A DNA stretch of 64,000 bases from an uncultured Actinomycetota bacterium (GCA_963807335.1 CAWEBT010000009.1:40398-104397), one strand, 5' to 3'. Positions 46,269 to 55,052 are shown, counted from the first letter of the stretch. Made by a program: numbers and translations. The notes: generated from the letters alone by a model not told the origin.

Positions 46269-46892
46269 TCAGCCACCCTTGGTCGCCGTGCACAGGAACA
46301 CGCCGAACTCGCGGTCGCCCTTGAGGATGGCCGTGACGTCGGTGAAGCCGACGTCGAGGAAGCCGGCGTGGCCCAGCTGCTCGGCAAGACGATCCCGGTC
46401 GAACCCGTGATGCCCGTCGAAGTCGACCTTGTCGGCGTGGAAGGCGCCGTCGGGATCCGCGTCGAGGTCCGCGATGGCCAGCCGACCTCCGTCGACCAGG
46501 AGCCCTGCCAGCGACCGCAGCAACCCGTCCAGGTCCTGGACGTGGTGCAGGGCCATGGAGCTCCACACCACGTCGTACGACCCGTCGAGACGGTCCGTCG
46601 TGAGGTCTGCCTGGACCGCGCGCAGCCGGTCACCGAGCCCGGCCGACTCGATCCGCTCCCGGGCGACCTGGATCATCCCGGCGGACGGGTCGGTCACCAC
46701 CACGGAGCCGACCCGCTCGGCGAGCAGGATGCTCAGCCGACCGGTGCCGCCGCCGACGTCGACCGCGCTCATCCGAGGGCCGAGGGTCACCGCCATCTCG
46801 ATGGCCCGGGCCACCGCCACCTGCCGCTCCTCGTGGCCCGGGTCGTCGTCCCAGGTCGCTGCCTCGTCGTCGAATCCCTTGTGCTCGTGCAT
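46269..46892 (-). CDS. Class I SAM-dependent methyltransferase
   Basis: AVDVGGGTGRLSILLAE, VVWSSMALHHV, LVDGGRLAIADL. Confidence 0.85.
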   Translation of the reverse strand: MHEHKGFDDEAATWDDDPGHEERQVAVARAIEMAVTLGPRMSAVDVGGGTGRLSILLAERVGSVVVTDPSAGMIQVARERIESAGLGDRLRAVQADLTTDRLDGSYDVVWSSMALHHVQDLDGLLRSLAGLLVDGGRLAIADLDADPDGAFHADKVDFDGHHGFDRDRLAEQLGHAGFLDVGFTDVTAILKGDREFGVFLCTATKGG

Positions 46893-46967
46893 GCGCTCGA
46901 CCCTAGCCCCGGCGCCCCAGAGGTCCGGATCGCCCCAGAACCCGATCTCCGGTCTCGCAGCACACGG

Positions 46968-48209
46968 TCACTCGAAGATGTCGCTCCTGGCGACGAACAG
47001 CACCTTGTCGCCGTCCCTGATGATCACGTGGATGAAGTAGGTCCCTGGCCGCTTCGGCATCGGCACCCAGAACTGGACGGCACCCGCGTCCCTCTCCCGC
47101 TCCGCGGCGATACGTGCCACCCGCACCTCGTCGAGCCACCTGTCGTAGAGGCGGCTGGCGCCGCTCTGGGTCCAGACCTCCCAGTAGACGCCGAGCTCGC
47201 GACCGAGGAGCCCCTCGAGCTGCATGTTGGCGGTCACGATGACCCCCAGTGGATCGCGCTTGCCGTTCTGTGTCTTGACCGTCCTGGTGCGGCCGAGCAC
47301 GTTGACCAGGCGCCGGGCGGCCTCGGCGGCCGGGACCGGCTTGCCGGCTTCGTTCTTCATGTTCGAGATCATGGCGACCACCGGCTCAGAGAGCGGCTCG
47401 CTGACGCCGGGCAGCTCGAGATCGGGGGCGACGTCGCCGACCTCGGCCAGCACCTCCTCGTAGCGGAGCTTCTCGATGTGGATCCCTGGCGGGACGACGG
47501 AAGGGTCATCCGCGGGCGGCCCGGTCGGTGACCCGGTCGTTGGCCCATTCGGTGACCCGGTCGGTGACTTCACGGGCGACCCAGTGGGTGACTTCACGGG
47601 CGACCCCGTCGGTGACTTCAAGGGCGACTCCGAAGCCGAGTCGCTCGGCGACCCGGTCAGCGGTGTGGTCGGCACCGCCGACGGAGTCTCGGCCGGAACG
47701 TCGGTCGGCTCCACTGCTGGGGCCTTGGTGGCACCGACGCTGGCAGTGCCGGTCGCCGGAGCGCTGTCCGAGGTTGAGGTGGAGTACCCGACGAGCGCCA
47801 GGTCCGGCGCCGTACGCCCTCGCCAGGCGACCTGGCCCGACTGGGCCCGACGCGCGTACTCGCTGAGCGGCACCGACGCGATGATGTCGATGGAGGTGAT
47901 CTCTGCCTTGTCCACGAGATCCGGATCCGGCAGCACCAGCCCGAGGATCGCGGTGATCGCCGAGGCCAGCGCTCCGAGCGCCAGGATGCTGCCGGTCACC
48001 AGGAACCAGCCGCGACGCCACCAGGGCAGGCTCGCAGCCCCGGTCGAGCCGTTACCCGGCGTGGACCGGGATGCGGCACCGGCGCCTGGCCGCTCCTTGT
48101 TCCCACGCTTCTTCGACCCGGTCTTCGACGCGTTCTTCGTCTTCCGCTTCGGGTGCTTGGTGCGCGTCTTGCTCGTCTTGGCGACATCGTCCGTACTCAT
48201 GAGGGTCAC
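46968..48209 (-). CDS. Single-pass membrane protein: Lys-rich N-terminal tail, Pro/Thr/Ser linker with tandem KSPTGSPV repeats, unknown C-terminal domain
   Basis: KTSKTRTKHPKRKTKNASKTGSKKRGNKE; TM WFLVTGSILALGALASAITAILGLVL; linker; C-terminal about 190 aa with GC-rich third positions. No family recognised. Confidence 0.65.
   Translation of the reverse strand: MTLMSTDDVAKTSKTRTKHPKRKTKNASKTGSKKRGNKERPGAGAASRSTPGNGSTGAASLPWWRRGWFLVTGSILALGALASAITAILGLVLPDPDLVDKAEITSIDIIASVPLSEYARRAQSGQVAWRGRTAPDLALVGYSTSTSDSAPATGTASVGATKAPAVEPTDVPAETPSAVPTTPLTGSPSDSASESPLKSPTGSPVKSPTGSPVKSPTGSPNGPTTGSPTGPPADDPSVVPPGIHIEKLRYEEVLAEVGDVAPDLELPGVSEPLSEPVVAMISNMKNEAGKPVPAAEAARRLVNVLGRTRTVKTQNGKRDPLGVIVTANMQLEGLLGRELGVYWEVWTQSGASRLYDRWLDEVRVARIAAERERDAGAVQFWVPMPKRPGTYFIHVIIRDGDKVLFVARSDIFE
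47560..47631 (-). repeat. Three tandem 24-bp repeats (encode KSPTGSPV x3)
   Basis: gtcggtgacttcacgggcgaccca / gtgggtgacttcacgggcgacccc / gtcggtgacttcaagggcgactcc, read directly. Confidence 0.85.
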
Positions 48210-48433
48210 CTCCCCGCACTCAAGACGATCCTCCGCTCGTCCGGTCAGCGCAAGGGCGTCGGTGTGTCACGAACGAGCAGCGCGCCTGCGCCCTGAGTTA
48301 CCTGCTTTTGTCGAGGCGCGAGGCCCCGACCCGGCGCTAGGCTAGGCCTCCGAGCTTCGCCATCTGACCGGGCGGGTGACGCTGCGATGTCAGCGGCTCG
48401 ACCCAGTGGGCCGCGCGACCCACGGAGGTTCTC

Positions 48434-48658
48434 ATGAACGACGCTCAGGACCTCATGCGCTCGATGAGCGCAGACGAGGTCACGGCCCTCGGGCCGCTCC
48501 CCGATCCCGACACGGTGAGCCCGACCACAGCCCGCGAGGACCATGCACCGGCCTCGACCGCTGAGCTGCACACGCCCGGCGTGCTCGCCTCCGCTGCCTA
48601 CGAGGCAACAGACGACGACCCGTTCCCGCCACCGCGCAATCTCACTGAGGAGGGGTGA
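48434..48658 (+). CDS. Small acidic hypothetical protein (74 aa)
   Basis: ATG after cacggaggttctc. Its stop lies 1 nt before the start of the DUF1036-like gene. Composition is Asp/Pro/Thr-rich, so coding status is uncertain. Confidence 0.4.
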   Translation: MNDAQDLMRSMSADEVTALGPLPDPDTVSPTTAREDHAPASTAELHTPGVLASAAYEATDDDPFPPPRNLTEEG

Positions 48659-48659
48659 G

Positions 48660-49004
48660 ATGGCGATCTACGTCCGTAACGACGGCAATCTCCGGATCTA
48701 CTTCGCCCTCGCCTACCACTACCCGAACTGCCCGGACGGCGACAACTGGGCCAAGAAGGGGTGGTGGCAGATCCCGCCCGGCGGCACCGCCACGGTGCGC
48801 GGCGGCGCATCGAACGGAGCCCGCTACTTCTGGTACGGCGAGACGGACACCGGTCTCGTCTGGGCTGGAGACGTGGCCACCTGGCTGCCGTCGAACGCCT
48901 TCGACTGGTGCTGGCCGACGTCGAGCTCGGACGCGAGGTTGTGCGGGTTCCGGCGCCTCGACGTGCCCTGGTCGAGCGTGAACCACACGCTGGTTCTCCG
49001 CTGA
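48660..49004 (+). CDS. DUF1036-like protein
   Basis: ATG 48660 after gaggagg. IYVRNDGNLRIYFALAYHY...WAKKGWWQIPPGGTATV...YFWYGE pattern recalled from DUF1036. Confidence 0.65.
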   Translation: MAIYVRNDGNLRIYFALAYHYPNCPDGDNWAKKGWWQIPPGGTATVRGGASNGARYFWYGETDTGLVWAGDVATWLPSNAFDWCWPTSSSDARLCGFRRLDVPWSSVNHTLVLR

Positions 49005-49025
49005 TCGCCGTACGCCGGGAGCCAC

Positions 49026-49469
49026 CTACTCCGGAGGTGCGCTCCCGTGCCGGTGCGCCACCTTCCACGCGCCGTCCTCACGTCGGTAGATCTGCGTGGC
49101 CCGCAGGGTGTAGGTCCGCGGCACCCCGTTGACGGACGCCGAGGTGTGCTCGAGTCCTACCGTGTAGGCGGTGTCTCCGAGCACCTCGGCGGCGAGGAGC
49201 TCGAGCTCGTAGGAAGTGCAGTCCGAGAAGCTCTCGGCGAGTTGGGTGAAGAGCTCGTCGAGTTCTTCCTGCCCGGCTGCGTTCTGCCACGCGCCCAGCA
49301 CGGTCACCGGGTCGTTCCGTGACCAGATGGCCCGGCGTGGCCCGGCGTCACCGTTGTGGACGGCGATCTCTGCGTCGGTGAGGACCGACTTCACCCAGGC
49401 AACGAAGTCCTCGTACTGCTCCACGCCTCGATGATGCTCCGAATCGAGGTCATTGACCACCGGCGGCAC
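49026..49469 (-). CDS. NTF2-fold (SnoaL/DUF4440-like) protein
   Basis: ...DPVTVLGAWQNAAGQEELDELF...RATQIYRREDGAWKVAHRH, the typical C-terminal signature of the fold. Confidence 0.7.
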   Translation of the reverse strand: MPPVVNDLDSEHHRGVEQYEDFVAWVKSVLTDAEIAVHNGDAGPRRAIWSRNDPVTVLGAWQNAAGQEELDELFTQLAESFSDCTSYELELLAAEVLGDTAYTVGLEHTSASVNGVPRTYTLRATQIYRREDGAWKVAHRHGSAPPE

Positions 49470-49499
49470 GCGGCGGCTGCTCGGCGCGGCTCGGGCAGA

Positions 49500-49573
49500 T
49501 GGAGCGGACGCGAGGATTCGAACCTCGACTCCTTCCCTGGAAGGGAAGCGTGCTGCAACTACACCACGTCCGC
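49500..49573 (-). tRNA. tRNA-Gly (anticodon UCC), CCA encoded
   Basis: rc = GCGGACG-TG-GTGT-AGTTGCA-GCAC-G-CTTCC-CTTCCAG-GGAAG-GAGT-CGAGG-TTCGAAT-CCTCG-CGTCCGC-T-CCA. All four stems pair. Anticodon loop is CT-TCC-AG. Confidence 0.9.
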
Positions 49574-49747
49574 GAAGCCAGCCTCTGACGAGCCTGACAG
49601 GTTCGTAGTATGAACCAGGCCCATGACCGCGCGGGCTCCGGGGTACGACGCCCGGACTTCAGTGCTCAGCGCCTCATGAAGCGTTGCGATCGCGGGGGAG
49701 TGGTGCACCCTCTCGGACACCGGGATCACGCACCGGCAGGACGATTC

Positions 49748-50599
49748 TCACGGCGTTCCGGAGGTGGGCGTGCCGAGCGGTGTGTCGCGCCACCAATGAG
49801 CGTCGTCGCGGGCTGCTCGTGCGTACCCGCGCTCGATCAGCGTGGCGAACGCCGGATCGGTTCTTGCCATGTCGTCGAGGGCCGACGCGTGGCTCGTCAT
49901 CTGCTCGCTGATGGCGTCCCCGAGCAGCGAGCGCTGACGAGATGAGGGTCCGTACCCGTCCAGCAGGGCGGCGAAGTTGCGCTGCTGATGCTGCTGCACG
50001 TCCTCATCGGCGGCGATCCCGTACTCCTCGTGCCACCAGTCGCCGGCCATCAACGGGGTCCACCGCCACGCGGCCCAGGCCACGTCCTCGATCGGGTCGC
50101 CGGGTCGGGCGAAGTCCCAGTCCAGCATCACCAGGGAGCCGTCCGGGCGCCGCACAGTGTTGTACGGCGACACGTCGTGGTGGACGATCACCTGGCCGGG
50201 GCTCAGCGAAGCACCCGGGGCGCGACGCCATGGTTTCGAAGCGTCCACGACGAGCCCTCGCTGCGCGACCTGGAACTCGCGGATCCATCGGCCGATCGCC
50301 CAACATGCCTCCGGCGACCGGAACCACACCGGCAGGGGTTCGGAGGGCGACAGCGTCCCCACCTCGCCGGACACGAACTCCAGGATCTCCCTGTCCACCT
50401 CGTCGACGCCGAGCACCCTCGGCGAGCCGGTGAACCCGGCCCCGCTCAGGTGATGCAACAGGCCGTGCACCGCCGGCGTCCACCGCCCGGCCGGCCGGCG
50501 CACGGTGTCGCCTACCCGGACGACCACCGTGGTGTTCCCACCAGTTAGCTGCTCCTCTGCGGACACAGCGCGATCATGACACGCCGGCACGCACCTCAT
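49748..50599 (-). CDS. Aminoglycoside-phosphotransferase-fold (APH/choline-kinase-like) kinase
   Basis: VIVHHDVSPYNTV (HxDxxxxN catalytic loop), VMLDWDFARPGDPIEDVA. Start uncertain (ATG 50599 or GTG 50565). Confidence 0.8.
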   Translation of the reverse strand: MRCVPACHDRAVSAEEQLTGGNTTVVVRVGDTVRRPAGRWTPAVHGLLHHLSGAGFTGSPRVLGVDEVDREILEFVSGEVGTLSPSEPLPVWFRSPEACWAIGRWIREFQVAQRGLVVDASKPWRRAPGASLSPGQVIVHHDVSPYNTVRRPDGSLVMLDWDFARPGDPIEDVAWAAWRWTPLMAGDWWHEEYGIAADEDVQQHQQRNFAALLDGYGPSSRQRSLLGDAISEQMTSHASALDDMARTDPAFATLIERGYARAARDDAHWWRDTPLGTPTSGTP

Positions 50600-50655
50600 C
50601 GGAGGTGATTGCCGTGCCTCCAGGATGCGTTGTGTGCCTCGTCTGAGCCGACCGT

Positions 50656-52389
50656 TCAGGCGCCGTCCTCGGTCAGGGTCGCGGCGGGCAGCCAGTCGGC
50701 CCCGAGGAGTTGGGCGAGGGCGGTGAGGCCGGAGGTGTCGCTCCCCACCGTGTCGGAGGCCGCGGCGATGCGCTCCACCATCACCTTGCCGACCTGCTCC
50801 TCGACGGTGCCCTCGGCGTAGGCGATGTGCCACGGCGAGACCTGGTGGTCGCGGTGGGTGCGGCCGGTCACCTGCCGTCCGGCGATGCCTGAGAAGCGGG
50901 CCTGGTGGAAGACGCCGACCCTGGGGTCGGAGCTCGCCCGACGGCCCTCGGTGAGGATCTCGCCGGCGTGCAGGCTGATCGAGGCGACCGTGGTGAAGAC
51001 GCAGACCTTCGCCTGCCCGGTCTGGAACCGGAGCCGCTCGGCCTCGGGGTCGAACCGGCCGCGGCCGTAGATCGTGGCGACTTCGATGCCCGAGTCACGC
51101 AGCCGGTCGGCGATGGGGTCGGCGGCGGTCGCGACGAACTCGACCGAGCACGCCACCTGTCGATCCGCCTGGACCTGCTGGGCGATCCAGGCGACCGTCG
51201 AGTCGACGCGGAGCAGGCCGGCCTTCTGCCGGAAGCGCAGCAGCGCGGCGCGGCCCTTCGCGATGTTGCGGCCGCGTCGGGCGATGTCCATCTCACGACA
51301 GAACTCTCCCCAGTCGGCGTCGTACGCCGTGCGCTCCGCCGGCGTGAGCGCCACCGGCATGCCGGAGATCGGCACCGGCCCCCACGCCGCGGCGCGGTGC
51401 AGCATGGCCGGGGGCCGCTCCTCGTCGAGCCAGCCGCGAACCAGCTTGAGGTCCGCGGCGCGCCGGGCCGGGTCGGTGGTCCACGTCGCGCCGTAGCGTC
51501 CGTGCTCCACCGCGACGCCGTGGCGCTCGAGCGCGGTGACGAACGCGGCCCCGGGCTGCTTCGCCGAGGTCCACTCCTGCATCGGCTCGCCGAGCACCTG
51601 CGCATAGGCCGGCGCGAGGTACGGCAGTTCGAGCGGCGTGTGTCCGGGCGTCGCGGTCACAGCGATCACGAACGGCGCCTTGTCGTGCGGTCGCCCGTGA
51701 CCCGAGATCCGCGCCCAGAGCTTCCATCGTTTCGTCGTCGTGCGTCGCAGCGCGTGGGCCTCGTCGGCGATGATCACATCCCACGTGTGGTCAGCGACCT
51801 TCTCCAGCCGGTCCCAGGTGATCACGACCCATTCGAGACCACCGTCGCCCAGCGCGGTGATGGTGCGGCACCAGTGGCCGATCGTGATTGCTGCGGGTCG
51901 GTCGGCGACGACGAGCACTCGTCGCGCCTCGCGGAGGTCGCCCACCGCCGTCGCTCCGAGGACCGCTGCGATCGTCTTGCCCACGCCGGGCTCGTCGGCC
52001 AACAGGAACTGCCGCCCGCCCGCCGCGGCGCGTGCCGCGATCGCATCGGCCGCTTCGAACTGGATCCTTCTCGGCTCGAGCGCATCGGTCGGCTCGGGGC
52101 TGGGCGTCGGATCGTCGGGGTTGAGGGCGTTGTCGATGAACCGCCCGAGCGTGTACGGGCCTGGAGCGTAGGGCGCGAGGTGCGCGGGCAAGGCGCGCCC
52201 GACGTACAGGTGGGTCTTGACGGCCGGATGCCAGGTGGCGCCGTCGACCTGGGTCGCGTAGGGCACGTCGAGCACCCACAGCCGCTCACCCGGCCCGGCG
52301 GCCGGCAACGGCAACGAGGGCTGCCGCGTCCCGCTCCGGCGCGGGGACCCGCTGCGTCGCCGAGCACCGGATCGTCGAGAACTGGCCAC
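50656..52389 (-). CDS. Superfamily-2 (SNF2/DEAH-like) helicase with an Arg-rich N-terminus and a DUF5710-like N-terminal domain
   Basis: LWVLDVPYATQVDGATWHPAVKTHLYVG (DUF5710-like, recalled from memory). Motif I LADEPGVGKT, motif II IIADEAHAL, III VTATPG, VI-like HQARFSGIAGRQVTGRTHR. Confidence 0.8.
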   Translation of the reverse strand: MASSRRSGARRRSGSPRRSGTRQPSLPLPAAGPGERLWVLDVPYATQVDGATWHPAVKTHLYVGRALPAHLAPYAPGPYTLGRFIDNALNPDDPTPSPEPTDALEPRRIQFEAADAIAARAAAGGRQFLLADEPGVGKTIAAVLGATAVGDLREARRVLVVADRPAAITIGHWCRTITALGDGGLEWVVITWDRLEKVADHTWDVIIADEAHALRRTTTKRWKLWARISGHGRPHDKAPFVIAVTATPGHTPLELPYLAPAYAQVLGEPMQEWTSAKQPGAAFVTALERHGVAVEHGRYGATWTTDPARRAADLKLVRGWLDEERPPAMLHRAAAWGPVPISGMPVALTPAERTAYDADWGEFCREMDIARRGRNIAKGRAALLRFRQKAGLLRVDSTVAWIAQQVQADRQVACSVEFVATAADPIADRLRDSGIEVATIYGRGRFDPEAERLRFQTGQAKVCVFTTVASISLHAGEILTEGRRASSDPRVGVFHQARFSGIAGRQVTGRTHRDHQVSPWHIAYAEGTVEEQVGKVMVERIAAASDTVGSDTSGLTALAQLLGADWLPAATLTEDGA

Positions 52390-52471
52390 GCCCGGACGCT
52401 ATCGGGGCGTCGACCACGAACGTCGCCGGCTCGCCCACGTCTGCGGCGCTGGCCATGCACGCCGCACCGGT

Positions 52472-53587
52472 TCAGCGCAGGGCGAGAGTGGCGACGACGC
52501 CGGCGTGGTCCGATGGCCAGAGGGGTGCGGTTGCCTGGAACGGGGTGTCGTTGACCAGCTCAGCCTCGAGGGTGCGCACCTGCGTCCGCCATCTCGACCG
52601 CGTCAGGATGAGGTCGATGCGTTGATCCAGTTGTGACGTCGCGTTGCTCAGGGTGCCGTTCTGTCCACTGGTGTATCCGGGGTCGCCGCGGTTCACCCGC
52701 CAGGCGTCGCGAAGGGACCCAGTCAGGATCTGGTAGCTGTCAGTGGTGGTCCCGTCCGCCGCTGAGTTGAAGTCGCCCACCGCGATGAGGGCGCCGCTGG
52801 AGCGGGCTGTCCGGGCCTTGAACTCTCGAGCCTGTGCTTCCTGAACCGGCGCGAAGTCGGCGACCTCGAGGTGGGTGTTCGCGAATCGGACTCGCTCACC
52901 CCGGTACTTGGCCTCGATCGTGACCCACCCACGGGCGAAGGAGACCGGCGTGCTGCCAGGAGGGGTGAACGTCTGCTGCGCCCGGTACTGCCCACTCCGC
53001 GCTCCCCACCAGTGCAGGCCTCGGGTGCCGTTGTTGACCAGGATGACGTCGCGGTCCTTGAGCGTCACGACGCAGTCCGTGGCTGTGAGACCACACCCGA
53101 ACTGTGGGGCGACAAGTGGTGCCGGGCCGATGTCGGCGTTGTTCGACACGGCGGCCACCGTGTAGTCGAGACCGAGCGCCTCAAGCTCGGCGGTGAGGAT
53201 CTCCAGGAAGTCCTGGCTCGGCGGGGTCGGAGGCGTCGGACCGACACGGGTCGGTGTGGCGACCCAGTCCGTGACCTCCTGAAGGCCGATCAGGTCGGGT
53301 CGTTCCTCGGCGATCGAGCGCGCGATGGCCTTGGCCCTCGTGGGGAAGTCCGTCGCCAGGGCGGTGCCGTAGATCTGCGCGACCGCGGCCACGAACTCCT
53401 CAGGGGTGTCGACGCTGGGGTCGAGGGCCGGTGTCAACGGCGAACCGAGGTAGAGGTTCTGGGTCATCACCGTGAGGCGAGGCCCATCGAACCCACGGCC
53501 AGCCTCGGCGCCCACTGGTGCCATCAGCGGTGTCATCGTCGCTACGAGAGCGACCAGTCCTATGCGCGTACGGGTGAGCAGTCTCAA
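52472..53587 (-). CDS. Secreted endonuclease/exonuclease/phosphatase (EEP) family protein
   Basis: Probable TTG start 53587 giving signal peptide LRLLTRTRIGLVALVATMTPLMAPVGAEA. LTVMTQNLYLG, LIGLQEV, VGDFNS, PSDHAGV. Confidence 0.75.
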   Translation of the reverse strand: MRLLTRTRIGLVALVATMTPLMAPVGAEAGRGFDGPRLTVMTQNLYLGSPLTPALDPSVDTPEEFVAAVAQIYGTALATDFPTRAKAIARSIAEERPDLIGLQEVTDWVATPTRVGPTPPTPPSQDFLEILTAELEALGLDYTVAAVSNNADIGPAPLVAPQFGCGLTATDCVVTLKDRDVILVNNGTRGLHWWGARSGQYRAQQTFTPPGSTPVSFARGWVTIEAKYRGERVRFANTHLEVADFAPVQEAQAREFKARTARSSGALIAVGDFNSAADGTTTDSYQILTGSLRDAWRVNRGDPGYTSGQNGTLSNATSQLDQRIDLILTRSRWRTQVRTLEAELVNDTPFQATAPLWPSDHAGVVATLALR

Positions 53588-55052
53588 CGGAACCCCTATC
53601 TCCCACAGCAGCAAAGCACGTCGGATCCGCCGGCGCCAGGGCGAAATCGGTCGCACGCCGGCAGGCAACCGTGAAGGGACTCGGCAGACCGGCGGCCACC
53701 GTACGTCCAGCCGAGCCATCGGCGGGCTCGGTGCCCGGAAGACCCGAATCAGTCCGGCCAGGGGGTGCTGGTCCCGTACCGGCCGGCCCTCTGGCTCGTC
53801 GAGCAGGTCGCGTCCCGCGCAGGATCGCCCGCGTTGCGCCGAACGCGACGAGGCCGAGAATGAGCGCCATTGCTCCGCGCAGCCACAGAGGCCACCCACC
53901 ACGGTCCACCTCGACCGGGGCAACAACCCGAAGGTCGTCGATGATGGCGCTGGCCAGCTGGAATCGGCCGACGCCGAAGCTCTGCAGGCCGGGAATCCGC
54001 ATGAGCGTGCGGGGCTGCCCTCCGTCGATCGGGACGGTTGCGAGCTGGTACTCGTAGGAGCCGCAGCACACATCCTCGCCAGGGGCGGTGAGCAGCGTCA
54101 GGACTTCGTCTGAGCCAGACCAGCCGAGCACGTGGCCCGGCTGAGAAAGCGGAAGCTGGAGGGGTGGGAGCGAGTCGCCGTCGCGGCCCTCCGGGTCGAC
54201 GAACCCGAGCCCCGTCGCCATGCCTGGGGCCGGAACCCCGGGCGGTGCTCGCGAGGGCCCGAGAATCGTCGTGGCGAGCAGCCGTCCGTCCGGAGACCAG
54301 GCGGACGGCCCAGCAAGGACGCCCGCGGCCTCGACCGTACGCCGGGAGCCGCTGGCAAGATCCACCACGGAGAGCGTTCCGCCGTCGCCTCCTGGCTGCT
54401 GGAGCGCGAGCTCCAGGCCGTCCGGAGAGAAGGCCGCCGCACTGACCTGGCCAATGTCCTGCAGGAGGACGGTGCTGCCGTCGTGGATGTCCAGGAGGCC
54501 GATCTGCCCAAGGATCGGTTCGCCGTAGTAGGGGTTGGTGGGTTCGGGGGACAGGAGGTGCGCGAGGCGCCGGCCGTCGCTCGACCAGGCAATGGGCACG
54601 ACGCTCCGGCCGGCCGGCAGCGAGTGACGAGTGGTGGCGCCGGTGACCAGGTCGACAAGCACGACGTCAGGTCGATCAACGTCGTGGTCACCGACCGCCA
54701 CCGTGGTCCCGTCGGGAGACAGCAACATGGGCGCCGGATCGCCCTGGGTCTCGGCCCCGGCACGAGCCTCCGCAGCATCCACTCGGCGGTAGACATCACC
54801 TCCTGCGCCCAGGACAACTGCCTGGGGGAAGTCGAGGAACTCCACGCCGAAGCCGTGCTGGTAGAGCGCCACGGCGGCTCCCGGCGGGGAGCCCGACACA
54901 CTGCCGGTGAGGTGGGAGTAGCCCGCCAGCTCCGGGGGAAGCACAGCCTCGCCCACGTGTGGGGAGGCTGCGTCGTGCTGCGCGCCCAGGGCAAGGACCA
55001 GGGCAGCCGTGCACAGGCCAACCGCCCGGGGCACCCACGCTGCCATGCGCAC
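53400..55052 (-). CDS. Signal-anchored WD40-like/PD40 (TolB-like) beta-propeller protein with a C-terminal TM helix; 3' end uncertain (possible frame break near 53.81 kb, alternative stop 53749)
   Basis: Signal MRMAAWVPRAVGLCTAALVLALGA. Repeated SPDG/SSDG motifs (LLSPDGTTVAV, AWSSDGRRLAH, AFSPDGLELAL, AWSPDGRLLAT). TM AMALILGLVAFGATRAIL. The tail after the TM is non-coding-like and overlaps the next gene by 188 nt. Confidence 0.7.
   Translation of the reverse strand: MRMAAWVPRAVGLCTAALVLALGAQHDAASPHVGEAVLPPELAGYSHLTGSVSGSPPGAAVALYQHGFGVEFLDFPQAVVLGAGGDVYRRVDAAEARAGAETQGDPAPMLLSPDGTTVAVGDHDVDRPDVVLVDLVTGATTRHSLPAGRSVVPIAWSSDGRRLAHLLSPEPTNPYYGEPILGQIGLLDIHDGSTVLLQDIGQVSAAAFSPDGLELALQQPGGDGGTLSVVDLASGSRRTVEAAGVLAGPSAWSPDGRLLATTILGPSRAPPGVPAPGMATGLGFVDPEGRDGDSLPPLQLPLSQPGHVLGWSGSDEVLTLLTAPGEDVCCGSYEYQLATVPIDGGQPRTLMRIPGLQSFGVGRFQLASAIIDDLRVVAPVEVDRGGWPLWLRGAMALILGLVAFGATRAILRGTRPARRARGPAGTGPAPPGRTDSGLPGTEPADGSAGRTVAAGLPSPFTVACRRATDFALAPADPTCFAAVGDRGSVETAHPYAHRTGRSRSDDDTADGTSGRRGWPWVRWASPHGDDPEPLPRFAVDTGPRPQRRHP

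Noticed and set aside
49026-49747. tRNA-Gly as an integration site of a genomic island
   Set aside because: No integrase, excisionase or transposase on either side, and I noticed no duplicated tRNA 3' segment. GC content and codon style of the flanks look native. Only a systematic repeat search could revive this.
52472-54073. 533-aa version of the EEP ORF, or a PD40-EEP fusion through the GC3-rich middle frame
   Set aside because: The upstream 160 codons overlap the PD40 gene out of frame. The hydrophobic stretch after the TTG at 53587 behaves as an N-terminal signal peptide, so a separate secreted EEP protein is the simpler reading.
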